This document shows, piece after piece, positions 32,213 to 42,050 of a stretch of DNA of 64,000 bases. Both the position numbers and the translations under genes were made by a program. Where the stretch lies: NCBI GenBank assembly GCA_963776345.1, contig CAVZMH010000020.1, positions 64,001 through 128,000 of the forward strand. The letters are read 5' to 3'. Origin of the DNA: an uncultured delta proteobacterium (lineage in GTDB: Bacteria; Myxococcota; Myxococcia; Myxococcales; Myxococcaceae). Numbering within the stretch: the first letter of the stretch is position 1; each line of letters starts with the position of its first letter. Below the pieces are notes generated by a model. That model searched no databases. It saw only the letters and a program-made list of their open reading frames with translations, and was not told where the DNA came from.

Positions 32213-33421
32213 ATGCTTCGCCGGCTCGGTCTTCTCTGTCTCCTCTGCGTGGCGTCTGCCTGTCACCGGGCGACGCCGGCGGAGGCCCCGGCGAAGAGCG
32301 CGGCCACCAACCCCGGCCTCCCCACCGCCCCCAGCCACCACCCGTCGCGCCCGCCCCCGGTGGAGCCGCTGGCGGTGTGCGACGCGCGGGGTCTCGACCC
32401 GCTCGACGCGGCGCGGGCGGCGTACGACGCCCGGGAGTACGACCGGGCGCTCTCCTGCGCCGCCGAGGCCTCGGCGAAGGCGCCCGACGAGCCGGACGCG
32501 CACAGCGAGCGGGGCGCGGCGCTCTCGGCGCTGGGCCACTTCGAGGAGGCCAAGCTGGCCTATGCACGGGCGCTGGCGCTCGACCCGGAGCACCTCGATT
32601 CGCTGCTCGGCGCGGCGCACCTCTACGGGGTGAGCCTCCCCAGCACCCGGGACAACGACGAGCTGGCGTTCGTCTACGCCGAGCGGGGGCGGCAGCTGGC
32701 CCGCGAGGCCGGCGACGGTGAGCTGGCCGCGCAGTTCGCCCTGCTCGGGGCCATGGCCGCCAACGACCTCGGCGAGGCGCAGGTGGCGCTCGAGCGGAGC
32801 GAGGAGGCCGGCGAGGAGCGCGCCAGCGACGCGGACGTGGCCTACGAGCGGGCGGTGGCGCTCTTCGAGCTGTGCCGCTTCAAGGAGGCGCAGGAGGCCT
32901 TCACCCGGCTGCTCTCGGACGACGAGCACGGGGCGCACGCCCACCAGCACCTCGGGCTGCTGCTGGAGCGGGAAGGGAAGCTGACCGAGGCCGAGGCGCA
33001 CCTCCGGAAGGCGCACCAGCTGTCGCCGGAGGACTTCCCGGCGCCGCAGCTCCTCTCGGAGAAGGAGTTCCGCCGCGAGGTGGACCGGGCGCTGGCCGGG
33101 CTGCCGGCGGACATGCGGAAGGACCTCGGCGGCATCCCGGTGACGGTGGAGGACATCCCCAAGGCCGAGGACCTCCTGGAGGGCGACCCGCCGCTGTCTC
33201 CCACCATCCTCGGGCTCTTCCGCGGGCCGCCCATCGGCGAGTCGTGCAGCGCGGACGACGGCCCGGTGTGCCGCTCGGTGGTGGTGTACCGGAAGAACCT
33301 GGCCCGCGCGGTGAGCTCGCGCGAGGAGCTGGAGGAGCAGATCCGGGTGACGCTGCTCCACGAGATCGGGCACCTCCGGGGCGAGGACGACCTGGAGCTC
33401 GCCGCGCGCGGGCTCGAATGA
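32213..33421 (+). CDS. TPR-repeat lipoprotein with C-terminal zincin-like metallopeptidase domain
   Basis: Lipobox-like ASAC, TPR repeats, LGLFRG...VVYRKN...TLLHEIGH. Confidence 0.85.
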   Translation: MLRRLGLLCLLCVASACHRATPAEAPAKSAATNPGLPTAPSHHPSRPPPVEPLAVCDARGLDPLDAARAAYDAREYDRALSCAAEASAKAPDEPDAHSERGAALSALGHFEEAKLAYARALALDPEHLDSLLGAAHLYGVSLPSTRDNDELAFVYAERGRQLAREAGDGELAAQFALLGAMAANDLGEAQVALERSEEAGEERASDADVAYERAVALFELCRFKEAQEAFTRLLSDDEHGAHAHQHLGLLLEREGKLTEAEAHLRKAHQLSPEDFPAPQLLSEKEFRREVDRALAGLPADMRKDLGGIPVTVEDIPKAEDLLEGDPPLSPTILGLFRGPPIGESCSADDGPVCRSVVVYRKNLARAVSSREELEEQIRVTLLHEIGHLRGEDDLELAARGLE

Positions 33422-34606
33422 GCTCCGAGCGTCGCGGTCCTCCGCCGGCGGTCCGGGTGTCGGCGGACGGGGCCCGCGCGCTCCGGCACCTCCGGCCCTG
33501 GGTCTGGAGGAAGGACGTGCTCGAGCCGCCGGACGCGCCCGGGGGCGCGGTGGTGACGGTGGTCGACCCACGGGGGCAGCCGGCGGGGCAGGCGCTGTGG
33601 GCGGCCCGGAGTCCGCTCGCGCTGCGGCTCCTCACCCGGCGCTCTCCGGCGGACGAGCGCGTGGACGCAGGGTGGTTCCGGGCCCGGCTCGAGGCGTCCA
33701 TCGCCCGGAGGGCGCCGCTCGGGCGCGAGGCGCTCCGGCTGGTGCACGGCGAGTCCGACGGGTTGCCGGGCCTGTTCGTGGACCGCTACCGCGACCGGCT
33801 GGTGCTGCAGACCCTGTCGGAGGGGATGGACGCGCAGAAGGAGGCGCTCGCCGCGGCGCTGGTGGAGCTGACCGGCGCGGTCCAGGTGGTCTGCCGCGAC
33901 GACGGCTCGGGGCGCGACTTCGAGCAGCTCCCGCGCGAGTCGCGCGTGCTGCGAGGCCCAGCGGACGCCGAGGCGGAGTGGCGCGCGGGCGAGAACGTCT
34001 TCCGCGCCGACTTGCTCCGGGGACATGAAGACCGGAGCGTTCCTGGACCAGGCGGAGAACCACCTCCGGGCGGGTGAGCTCGGCCGCGGTCGCGCGCTGG
34101 ATGCCTTCAGCTACCACGGTGGGTTCGCGCTGGCGCTGGCCGGGCGGTGCGACTCGGTGCTGGCGCTGGAGCAGGACCCGGCGGCGGCGGCCCGCCTCGC
34201 CGACAACGTGCGGCGGAACGGCCGGAGGAACGTCGAGGCCCGCGAGGCGAACGCGTTCGACGTGCTGCACCAGCTGGACCGGGACGGCGAGCGGTTCGAC
34301 ACGGTGGTGCTCGACCCGCCGGGGCTGGCGAAGCGCAAGGAGGGTCCGAGGACGGCGCTGCGTGCCTACCGCGAGCTGAACGTCCGGGCGCTGCGCCTGC
34401 TCCGGCCCGGTGGGCTGCTGGTCACCTGCTCCTGCTCGGGGAAGGTGAAGCTTCCGGACTTCGAGGAGATGTTGCTCGAGGCGGCGGACGACGTGCGGCG
34501 GCCGATCCAGATCCTCGAGCGGCGCGGGCCGGCGACGGACCATCCGGCGCTCGGTGGATTGCCGGAGACGGAATATCTGAAGGCGTTCTTCGTCCGGCCG
34601 CTCTGA
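33418..34606 (+). CDS. RlmI-like class I SAM-dependent rRNA methyltransferase; frameshift near 34022
   Basis: PUA-like start (PWVW), RLVHGESDGLPGLFVDRY; then KTGAFLDQ, LDAFSYHGGF, VVLDPP, TCSCS in the second frame. Confidence 0.88.
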
Positions 34607-34766
34607 GCGCTCGGGCCGTCCTGCTCTTCGGGCGGCCTGCGCTGAGCGACACCGGCCTCGGGGGGGACGCCGGTGTCGCTCGGGCAGGTGAGTGGGGGTT
34701 CGGGCCCTGACCCAGGCCTCGGCCCGACCCGGGGCAGGCTGCAACGGCTGCGGCCGGGGCCGGCTT

Positions 34767-34892
34767 CAGCGCTCAAGATGCTATAGCACTCTCGCCTACT
34801 GAGAGTGCGAGTTGATCCAACGTAAGCACCTGACTCGTCGTGGAGGCAAACACTCAGGGTGTATGGAGCGTGCTATAGCATCTTGAGCGCTG
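34767..34892. repeat. Orphan element with perfect 23-bp inverted repeats around an 80-bp lower-GC core
   Basis: CAGCGCTCAAGATGCTATAGCAC (34767-34789) and its exact reverse complement (34870-34892). Confidence 0.9.
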
Positions 34893-35040
34893 GAGGCAGG
34901 CGGCCCGGCACTGTCGACCGCTCATCGACCGGCGTCCCGGGGTGGCTCCCAGGCGCATGCGCTCGATGAGTTCCGGCGCGCGCTCGCGTCTACCCCAGCG
35001 ACGTCCGCAGTTGAACGGACCCAGGAACTGGAGAGAGACG

Positions 35041-35526
35041 ATGGCGGTGACGCAGAAGATCAGGCCGATGCTGTGGTTCGACGGCAAGGCGGAGGAGGCG
35101 GCGCGGTTCTACGTCTCCCTCTTCCCCGGCTCGAAGATCCTCGAGATGACGCGCTTCGGCGAGACCGGCCCCGGTCCGAAGGGCTCGGTGATGACGGTGA
35201 GCTTCCGGCTGGGAGACCAGGAGTACGTCGGGCTGAATGGTGGTCCGCAGTTCAAGTTCACCGAGGCCATCTCGCTGGCGATCGAGTGCGAGACCCAGGA
35301 GGAGGTCGACCGGCTCTGGAGCGCGCTGACCTCGGGCGGCGGGCAGGAAGGGCAGTGCGGCTGGCTCAAGGACCGCTACGGGCTCTCGTGGCAGGTCGTC
35401 CCGTCGGCGCTGATCCGCGCGGTCAGCGGGCCGGATCAGAAGAAGGCCGACCGGGTCATGGCGGCGGTGATGACCATGCAGAAGATCGACCTGGCGCGGA
35501 TCGAGGCTGCCGCGCGGGGCCGTTGA
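35041..35526 (+). CDS. VOC/PhnB-like (3-demethylubiquinone methyltransferase family) protein
   Basis: KIRPMLWFDGKAEEAARFY, LNGGP.FKFTEAIS, CGWLKDRYGLSWQVVP. Confidence 0.92.
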   Translation: MAVTQKIRPMLWFDGKAEEAARFYVSLFPGSKILEMTRFGETGPGPKGSVMTVSFRLGDQEYVGLNGGPQFKFTEAISLAIECETQEEVDRLWSALTSGGGQEGQCGWLKDRYGLSWQVVPSALIRAVSGPDQKKADRVMAAVMTMQKIDLARIEAAARGR

Positions 35527-35645
35527 CGCGGGCAGGCGTCGGCCCGTTCGTTGCAGCCCGCCAGCGCACCGGCCGAGGCCAGGCCGCACCTCTGCAACCC
35601 GTCCGGTGACACGGACGCTGTCGTCCCCTCGGAGCAATGACCGTC

Positions 35646-36161
35646 CTACTTGCCCGGAGGCGAGGCGCCGGTGGCCGCGGCCCTCGGCGCCGCCGGCCTG
35701 CTCAGGTTCGACGCGTGGAGGTGGACGATCTTCCACCCCGCGTCCAGCCGCTCGAGGATCATCGTCCGCCGCCCCACGGTCTCACCCTGCGGCAGATGAA
35801 ACGTGACCAGGGCGATCTTGTCGGACAGCAGCTGGATCCGGACGTCCCTCGGGGCCAGCGTGAAGTACGGCGGCGCGGTCCTGCCCGAGTTCCTGCGGAT
35901 CCGCTCGAACACCACGGCCCAGGCGCGCTCGAAGCTCTCGGGCGAGTCGGTCCGGAGCACGTTCGGCGGGGCGGGATGGAACACCGTCGCCCCCTCGGCG
36001 AAGCAGGAGCGGAAGGCGGGCCAGTCGAGCGCCTCGAACGCGCGGAGGAACGTGTCGACCGCGGCGCGCACCTCGGCCGTCGCCGCCTCCGGGGCCGGGG
36101 GGTCCGCGAGCGCTGGACCGCCGGCCAGGAGCAGCAGGCCGCCGGCGAGGAGGGCTCTCAT
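35646..36161 (-). CDS. Secreted NTF2/SnoaL-like protein
   Basis: Own signal peptide MRALLAGGLLLLAGGPALA; GRRTMILER...WKIVHLHAS. Confidence 0.8.
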   Translation of the reverse strand: MRALLAGGLLLLAGGPALADPPAPEAATAEVRAAVDTFLRAFEALDWPAFRSCFAEGATVFHPAPPNVLRTDSPESFERAWAVVFERIRRNSGRTAPPYFTLAPRDVRIQLLSDKIALVTFHLPQGETVGRRTMILERLDAGWKIVHLHASNLSRPAAPRAAATGASPPGK

Positions 36162-36617
36162 CCCGCCACCGCGACCGCCGGCGCCCCGAGCCGACGGAGC
36201 GTCTCCTCCAGCGACCTGGTGAACATCCGCTTCCCTCCGAGCGCGAGCAGGAGGGAGACGATCCGCCCCTTGAGGTTCTTCGGCCGCCGGTCGAACTCGA
36301 ACCGGACCCGGCTCCCGCTGCCCACGGCCTCCACCTGGTACCGCCACCAGCTCCCCGGCGAAGGCGTTCGAGTCCTCGACCTCGATGAGCACCACGCCGG
36401 GCTCGCTCCAGTCGTACCGGGTGCGCTCCCAGACGCCGCCCAGCACCGCGGTCCCCTCGGTGACCTCGGCCTCCGTCTTCCCGACCGAGTGCACCTGGTA
36501 GAGCTTCGGGGAGAGGTTCGGCCAGAGCTCCGGCCGGCGCGGGCTGAAGTCGGTCAGGGCCCCGAGGATCACCTCCGGCGGAGTCGACGAGGTGACCTCT
36601 CCCGAGACGCGCGCCAT
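36158..36617 (-). CDS. SRPBCC/START-like protein; frameshift in G-run near 36355
   Basis: ALTDFSPRRPELWPNL...WERTRYDWS; continues as SWWRYQVE...* ending at 36158, overlapping the next ATG. Confidence 0.7.
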
Positions 36618-36629
36618 GGACGGCCCTCC

Positions 36630-37139
36630 TCAGCCCGGGAGCCCGAGCTCCTTGCGCAGCCGGGCGGTGATCTCGAAGTACTCCTTCCGCGGGAAGCCCA
36701 CGTTGAGGATGTGGAAATCCTTCTTCGAGAGACCCACGCAGCCGAAGCAGTAGTTGCAGTCGGAGAGGTTGCGGGACAACACGAGATACGCCGAGTGCGT
36801 GCACGACTCGCATTGGAGGAGGTAGGCGGACGACTGGCAGCCCTTGCTCTCCCGGCAATGGCTGCAGTTGCTGCAGCCGTCGCAGTCCACGCAGTGCGTA
36901 CACTGGTAGCAGCCCACGCAATCGCGGCAGAACATGCAGTTGGCGCAGCGCTCGCAGTCCTTGCAGGCGTAGCTGCCGGGGTTCCCCGGGTCCTCGGCGA
37001 AGGCGCGGCCGAGCGCGGCCAGCTGGTCGAGGAACTCGCGGCGGCCGAGGCGCGCAACCGCGGCGCGGGCCTCCCTGGCCTGGTTGTCGATCTCGGCGGT
37101 GGACGGGCGGACGGGAACGCGCGCGGGGGAGGCGGCCAT
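36630..37139 (-). CDS. Cys-rich (CxxCxxC) repeat protein
   Basis: Cys roughly every third residue over ~75 aa, ending CFGCVGLSKKDFHILN. Confidence 0.75.
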   Translation of the reverse strand: MAASPARVPVRPSTAEIDNQAREARAAVARLGRREFLDQLAALGRAFAEDPGNPGSYACKDCERCANCMFCRDCVGCYQCTHCVDCDGCSNCSHCRESKGCQSSAYLLQCESCTHSAYLVLSRNLSDCNYCFGCVGLSKKDFHILNVGFPRKEYFEITARLRKELGLPG

Positions 37140-37201
37140 CGGTCGTTCCCCGGACTCTAGCAGCGCCGTCGGTCCCCGACGCTATACGCGTCCGTCCCTG
37201 C

Positions 37202-39217
37202 TTGGACCTCTCCGGCCTGAACCCTCCACAGCGTCGTGCCGTCACCACCACCGAAGGCCCGGTCCTGATAGTCGCGGGGGCGGGGAGCGGGAAGACGCGG
37301 GTCATCACGCACCGCATCGCCTGGCTCCTCGACCAGGGAGTCTCCGCCCGCGCCATCCTCGCGGTGACCTTCACCAACAAGGCCGCCGCCGAGATGAAGG
37401 AGCGGGTGGTGCGGCTGGTGGGGCAGGGCGCACAGGCGCTCACCGTCTGCACCTTCCACGCCTTCGGGGCCGAGGTGCTCCGGCAGCACGTCCACAAGCT
37501 CGGCTGGCCGCGGAGGTTCGCCATCGCCGACAGCTCCGATCAGATCTCCCTCGTCCAGCGCGCGCTGCGCGAGCGGTCGATCGACGGGAAGCGCGACTTC
37601 GATCCGCGCCGCATCCTCACCGCCATCAGCCGGGCGAAGATCGCCGCTCGGGCGCCGAGCGTCGAGGGCGATGCGCCGAGCGACGCGGAGATCGCCGCGG
37701 CCGAGGTGTTCCCGCTCTACCAGCGGGGGCTGAAGGCACAGGGAGCGGTGGACTTCGACGACCTGCTGCTCCTGCCGCTCCGCCTGTTCCGCGAGCACCC
37801 GGAGGTGCTGGGCAGCCACGTCCGCCGCTTCCGGTATCTCATGGTCGACGAGTTCCAGGACACCAACGGCTCGCAGCTGGAGCTGGTCCGCCAGCTCGCC
37901 GGGGAGCGGCGGAACGTCTGCGCCGTCGGCGACGACGACCAGTGCATCTACGGATGGCGCGGCGCCGAGGTGCGGAACATCCTCCGCTTCGAGGAGGCCT
38001 TCCCGGGCGCCACCGAGGTCCGGCTGGAGCAGAACTACCGCAGCGTGCCCGCGGTGCTCGAGGCGGCGCACGGCGTCGTCTCCCAGCTCCCCGAGCGGCG
38101 GCCGAAGAAGCTGTGGACCGCGAGATCGGAGGGACCGAAGGTCTCGCTGGTCGTCACCCCCGGCGAGGACGACGAGGCGGAATGGGTGGCCCGCAGCATC
38201 GAGCAGCGGCTCGCGCGCGGCGTCCGGCCCGACGACATCGCCGTGCTCTACCGGACCAACGGCCAGTCCCGCCCCTTCGAGGAAGCATTCCGGGCCCGCG
38301 GCATCCGGCACGAGGTCGTGGGCGGCACCGAGTTCTTCGACCGGCGCGAGGTGCGCGACGTGCTCGCCTACCTCAAGCTCCTCGCCAACCCCGCGGACGA
38401 GGTCTCGCTCCTGCGCATCGTCAACGTGCCGGCGCGCGGCATCGGCGACGTCACGGTGGAGCATCTGGTCGCCCACGCCCGGGGCCGCGGGCAACCGCTC
38501 GCCGAGGTCCTGGCGTCTACCGGGTCCGTTCCCGAGCTGACCCCGGGCGCGGCGCGGGCGGTGAAGGAGTTCTCCGACCTGATCCACCGGACCCGGGGGC
38601 GGCTGCGCACCGAGCCCCTCTCGACCGTCGCGCGGGCGCTCCTCCACGAGATCGGCTTCGAGGCCGCGGCCCGGGTGAGCACCCCGTCGGCGACGGCGGC
38701 GGACCGGAAGCTCCGGGGCGTGGAGGGCGTGCTCGGCTCGCTGGAGCAGTTCGAGCGCCGGGAAGGGCCCCGGTCGGACCTCCGCACTTACCTAAACCGG
38801 CTCTCGCTCGACACCCGGGAGGAGGAGGACGGGCCCACTCCCGCGCGGGTCACCCTCCTGACCCTCCATGGCGCCAAGGGCCTGGAATTCAAGACGGTCT
38901 TCCTGGTGGGCATGGAGGAGGGCTTCCTCCCCCACGGGGGCATGCAGGGCGAGTCCCAGAACCTCGAGGAGGAGCGCCGGCTCTGCTACGTGGGCATCAC
39001 CCGGGCCCGGGAGGAGCTGATCCTCACCCGGGCCGCCGCCCGGCTCCGGCGGGGCCGCGAGGTGCCCCGGACGCCCTCCCGGTTCCTCGCCGACATCCCA
39101 GAGGCCGTCCTCGAGGTGTCTGACACCACGGTTCCGCCCCCGGGGCCTCCCGGCGAGGCCGAGCAGGGCTTCTTCCGGAGCCTCAAGGCCCGCCTCCAGG
39201 GAGGCCCACTCCCCTAG
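37202..39217 (+). CDS. UvrD/Rep/PcrA superfamily 1 DNA helicase
   Basis: AGAGSGKT, VTFTNKAA, VDEFQDTN, VGDDDQCIYGWRGA, LEQNYRS, TLHGAKGLEF, EERRLCYVGITRA. Confidence 0.95.
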   Translation: MDLSGLNPPQRRAVTTTEGPVLIVAGAGSGKTRVITHRIAWLLDQGVSARAILAVTFTNKAAAEMKERVVRLVGQGAQALTVCTFHAFGAEVLRQHVHKLGWPRRFAIADSSDQISLVQRALRERSIDGKRDFDPRRILTAISRAKIAARAPSVEGDAPSDAEIAAAEVFPLYQRGLKAQGAVDFDDLLLLPLRLFREHPEVLGSHVRRFRYLMVDEFQDTNGSQLELVRQLAGERRNVCAVGDDDQCIYGWRGAEVRNILRFEEAFPGATEVRLEQNYRSVPAVLEAAHGVVSQLPERRPKKLWTARSEGPKVSLVVTPGEDDEAEWVARSIEQRLARGVRPDDIAVLYRTNGQSRPFEEAFRARGIRHEVVGGTEFFDRREVRDVLAYLKLLANPADEVSLLRIVNVPARGIGDVTVEHLVAHARGRGQPLAEVLASTGSVPELTPGAARAVKEFSDLIHRTRGRLRTEPLSTVARALLHEIGFEAAARVSTPSATAADRKLRGVEGVLGSLEQFERREGPRSDLRTYLNRLSLDTREEEDGPTPARVTLLTLHGAKGLEFKTVFLVGMEEGFLPHGGMQGESQNLEEERRLCYVGITRAREELILTRAAARLRRGREVPRTPSRFLADIPEAVLEVSDTTVPPPGPPGEAEQGFFRSLKARLQGGPLP

Positions 39218-39223
39218 GTCCGC

Positions 39224-39252
39224 TTGACTTGGGGCGCCAAGACCTCTACATC
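39224..39252 (+). promoter_or_regulatory. Putative sigma70 promoter of rplM-rpsI
   Basis: TTGACT (39224-39229), 17 nt, TACATC (weak -10). Confidence 0.4.
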
Positions 39253-39300
39253 GCCCGTCTTTTCCGGGGGGCACCCCCTCCGGTGCCGGAGTGTCTCCAG

Positions 39301-39747
39301 ATGTCGAACCGGACGTACAGCGCGAGGCCCGCGGACGTGAAGCGGGCGTGGCACGTCATCGACGTGAACGACAAGGTGCTCGGGCGTGCCGCGAGCCAGA
39401 TCGCTGCCCTGCTCAAGGGCAAGCACAAGCCCATCTACACCCCGTCGATGGACACCGGTGACCACGTCATCGTCATCAACGCCGCGAAGGTGAAGGTCAC
39501 CGGCTCGAAGGAAACCAACAAGCTCTACCACCGGCACCCGCGGGCCGGCTTTCCGGGCGCCCTGAAGACCACCAACCTCGCGGCGCTGCGTGCGCGGCAC
39601 CCTGAGGACGTGATCGTCAACGCCGTTCGCCGGATGCTCCCCCGCAACGCGCTGGGCCGGCAGATGATGACCAAGCTCAAGGTCTACCCGGGCGAGCAGC
39701 ATCCGCACGCCGCGCAGAAGCCCGAGCCGCGCCAGGTGGAGGCCTGA
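39301..39747 (+). CDS. rplM: 50S ribosomal protein L13
   Basis: WHVID...[36 protein letters not shown]. Confidence 0.98.
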   Translation: MSNRTYSARPADVKRAWHVIDVNDKVLGRAASQIAALLKGKHKPIYTPSMDTGDHVIVINAAKVKVTGSKETNKLYHRHPRAGFPGALKTTNLAALRARHPEDVIVNAVRRMLPRNALGRQMMTKLKVYPGEQHPHAAQKPEPRQVEA

Positions 39748-39755
39748 GGTCCACG

Positions 39756-40157
39756 ATGCCGATCCAGAACGAGAACGGGTTCTACGCCACCGGCCGCCGC
39801 AAGGAGTCCACGGCCCGGGTGTGGGTGAAGGAAGGAAGCGGGGCCATCGTGGTCAACGGCCGCCCGCTCGACGAGTACTTCGGGCGCGAGACCTCGAAGA
39901 TGATCCTCAACCAGCCGCTGCAGATCCTCGAGCAGGTGGGCAAGGTCGACGTCACCGTCAACGTGGTGGGCGGCGGTCTCTCCGGCCAGGCCGGCGCCAT
40001 CCGCCACGGGCTCAGCCGCGCGCTGTGCCTCCTGAACCCCGAGTTCAGGAACCCGCTGAAGAAGGCCGGCTTCCTCACCCGTGACGCCCGCGTGGTGGAG
40101 CGCAAGAAGTACGGTCAGCCCGGCGCCCGCCGTCGGTTCCAGTTCAGCAAGCGCTAG
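39756..40157 (+). CDS. rpsI: 30S ribosomal protein S9
   Basis: [27 protein letters not shown]...[10 protein letters not shown]. Confidence 0.98.
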   Translation: MPIQNENGFYATGRRKESTARVWVKEGSGAIVVNGRPLDEYFGRETSKMILNQPLQILEQVGKVDVTVNVVGGGLSGQAGAIRHGLSRALCLLNPEFRNPLKKAGFLTRDARVVERKKYGQPGARRRFQFSKR

Positions 40158-40262
40158 GTCAGGGTCAGGGCGGCCGCAGTCGAGGTCCGCGTCGGGGTGG
40201 CGTCAGGCGGGCTGCAGTCGGCGAGGTCAGGGCGGCCGCAGTCAGCGAAGCAGCGGCCGCAA
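40155..40262. repeat. Short degenerate copies of the GGTCAGGGCGGCCGC repeat family
   Basis: GGTCAGGGCGGCCGCAGTC occurs twice right after the rpsI stop, with further partial copies. Confidence 0.75.
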
Positions 40263-40336
40263 TCCGGCCGTTTCAGGCATGTAGGCCGGGCCCGCACAGG
40301 CGGGGTCGCTCGCCCGGGTGCTAGGCTTCCGGGGGC

Positions 40337-41695
40337 GTGGAACTCAACGAGATCCTCCAGGTCGCGCTGCGCGGTGGCGCGAGCGACATCCATCTCAAGG
40401 CCGGTCTGCCCCCGATGTTCCGGGTGGACGGCTCGCTGGTCCCCCTGAAGGACGGCAAGCGCCTCCCTCCCGAGGAGGTGGCGCGCATGGCCTTCGGGAT
40501 CATGAACGAGTACCAGCGGGACAAGTTCAAGAACTCCAACGAGGTGGACCTGGCCTACGGCGTCCCCGGGCTCGGCCGCTTCCGCGTGAACGTGTTCCAG
40601 CAGCGCGGCACGCTCGGGGCCGTGCTCCGCGTCATCCCCTTCAAGGTGATGACCATCCGGGATCTCCTCCTGCCCCCGGTGCTCGAGACCATCGCGCTCG
40701 AGGAGCGCGGCCTGGTCCTGGTCACCGGCACCACCGGCTCGGGCAAGAGCACCACGCTGGCGGCGATGATCGATCACATCAACGCCAACGAGACCGATCA
40801 CATCATGACCATCGAGGATCCGATCGAGTTCCTCATCCGCGACAAGCGCTCGATCGTGAACCAGCGAGAGGTGGGGGTGGACACCGTCTCCTTCAGCCAG
40901 GCGTTGAAGAGCGCGCTCCGCCAGGACCCGGACGTGATCCTGGTGGGCGAGATGCGTGACCTCGAGACCATCGAGACGGCGCTCACCGCCGCCGAGACGG
41001 GCCACCTGGTCATGTCCACGCTCCACACCCTGGACGCCACCGAGACCATCAACCGCATCGTCTCGGTGTTCCCGCCCTACCAGCAGAAGCAGGTGCGGCT
41101 GCAGCTGGGGAGCGTGCTCAGGGCGGTCATCTCCCAGCGGCTCGTCCCGCGCGCCGACGGCAAGGGCCGCGTCGCCGCGGTGGAGGTGCTGAAGGCCACC
41201 GCCCGCGTCCGCGAGCTGATCGCGGACAAGGACCGCACCAAGGAGATCCCCGACGCCATCGCGCAGGGTCACCAGACCTACGGGACCCAGACCTTCGACC
41301 AGTCGCTGATGAACCTGGTGCGCCAGAACATCATCACCTACGACGAGGCGCACCGGCAGGCGACCAACCCGGACGACTTCGCGCTCCGGTTCAGCGGCAT
41401 CAGCGCCACCAGCGACTCGCGCTGGGACGACTTCGAGGGCACCCAGGACGGGAACTCGGCCCCGGGCAGCGTGGCCTTCGCCCAGCGCGGCGCCCCTCTG
41501 CCCGCGCCGGCTCCGGGCCCGGCGCCGTCCCCGGCCGCTGCGGCCCCCCGGCCACCCGCCCCGGGCGCCGGGACGCCGCTCGGGCGCATCAACCCCACCA
41601 CTCCGAAGCCCGGGGCACAGCCCGCGGCGCGCCCCGCCGGAGGGTCCACCGGCCTGCCCGCGGCGGACGACGACTTCCACATCGAGCGGTTCTGA
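40337..41695 (+). CDS. pilT: Type IV pilus retraction-type ATPase, PilT/PilU family paralogue with Pro-rich tail
   Basis: ASDIHL, RFRVN, GTTGSGKST, TIEDPIE, LRQDPDVILVGEMRD, ETGHLVMSTLHT. Confidence 0.92.
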   Translation: MELNEILQVALRGGASDIHLKAGLPPMFRVDGSLVPLKDGKRLPPEEVARMAFGIMNEYQRDKFKNSNEVDLAYGVPGLGRFRVNVFQQRGTLGAVLRVIPFKVMTIRDLLLPPVLETIALEERGLVLVTGTTGSGKSTTLAAMIDHINANETDHIMTIEDPIEFLIRDKRSIVNQREVGVDTVSFSQALKSALRQDPDVILVGEMRDLETIETALTAAETGHLVMSTLHTLDATETINRIVSVFPPYQQKQVRLQLGSVLRAVISQRLVPRADGKGRVAAVEVLKATARVRELIADKDRTKEIPDAIAQGHQTYGTQTFDQSLMNLVRQNIITYDEAHRQATNPDDFALRFSGISATSDSRWDDFEGTQDGNSAPGSVAFAQRGAPLPAPAPGPAPSPAAAAPRPPAPGAGTPLGRINPTTPKPGAQPAARPAGGSTGLPAADDDFHIERF

Positions 41696-42050
41696 CGGAC
41701 ACCGTGCCGCGGCCGCCCTGACCTCGACGGCTGGCCGCGGGCCTGAGGGCTCAACGACCAGGACCTCGGACGCGGCCGCCCTGACCTCGACCAGCTCGGC
41801 CGGACACCCGCCGCAGCCGTGCCGCGGGCTGACGGACGACTGTGCCGCGGCCGCGCGGGTTCTGACGGACACCGTGCCGCGGCCGCCCTGACCTCGACGG
41901 CTGCGGGCCTGAGGCTCAACGACCAGGACCTCGGACGCGGCCGCCCTGACCTCGCCCGGTTCTGACGGACACCGTGCCGCGGCCGCCCTGACCTCGACGG
42001 CTGCGGGCCTGAGGCTCAACGACCAGGACCTCGGACGCGGCCGCCCAGAC
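41688..42050. repeat. Intergenic array of three ~100-bp units related to the 23.6-kb array
   Basis: GGTTCTGACGGACACCGTGCCGCGGCCGCCCTGACCTCGACGGCTG starts at 41688, 41858 and 41958. Confidence 0.92.

Noticed and set aside
17799..34784. Shared 12-mer TCAAGATGCTAT in the vapBC promoter and the 34.8-kb inverted repeat
   Set aside because: The 34.8-kb copy lacks the full CATCAWGATG palindrome; a single 12-bp match is too weak to claim a link.
34784..34810. CIRCE (HrcA) operator
   Set aside because: TAGCACTC...GAGTGC spacer is 11 nt rather than 9, the right arm deviates, and no chaperone gene follows.
35646..36617. SRPBCC-NTF2 fusion protein (323-aa ORF)
   Set aside because: Created by a frameshift in a G-run; the second gene has its own ATG and signal peptide overlapping the restored stop.
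36630..37139. Multiheme cytochrome or ferredoxin
   Set aside because: No CxxCH motifs, no export signal and no CxxCxxCxxxCP ferredoxin pattern.
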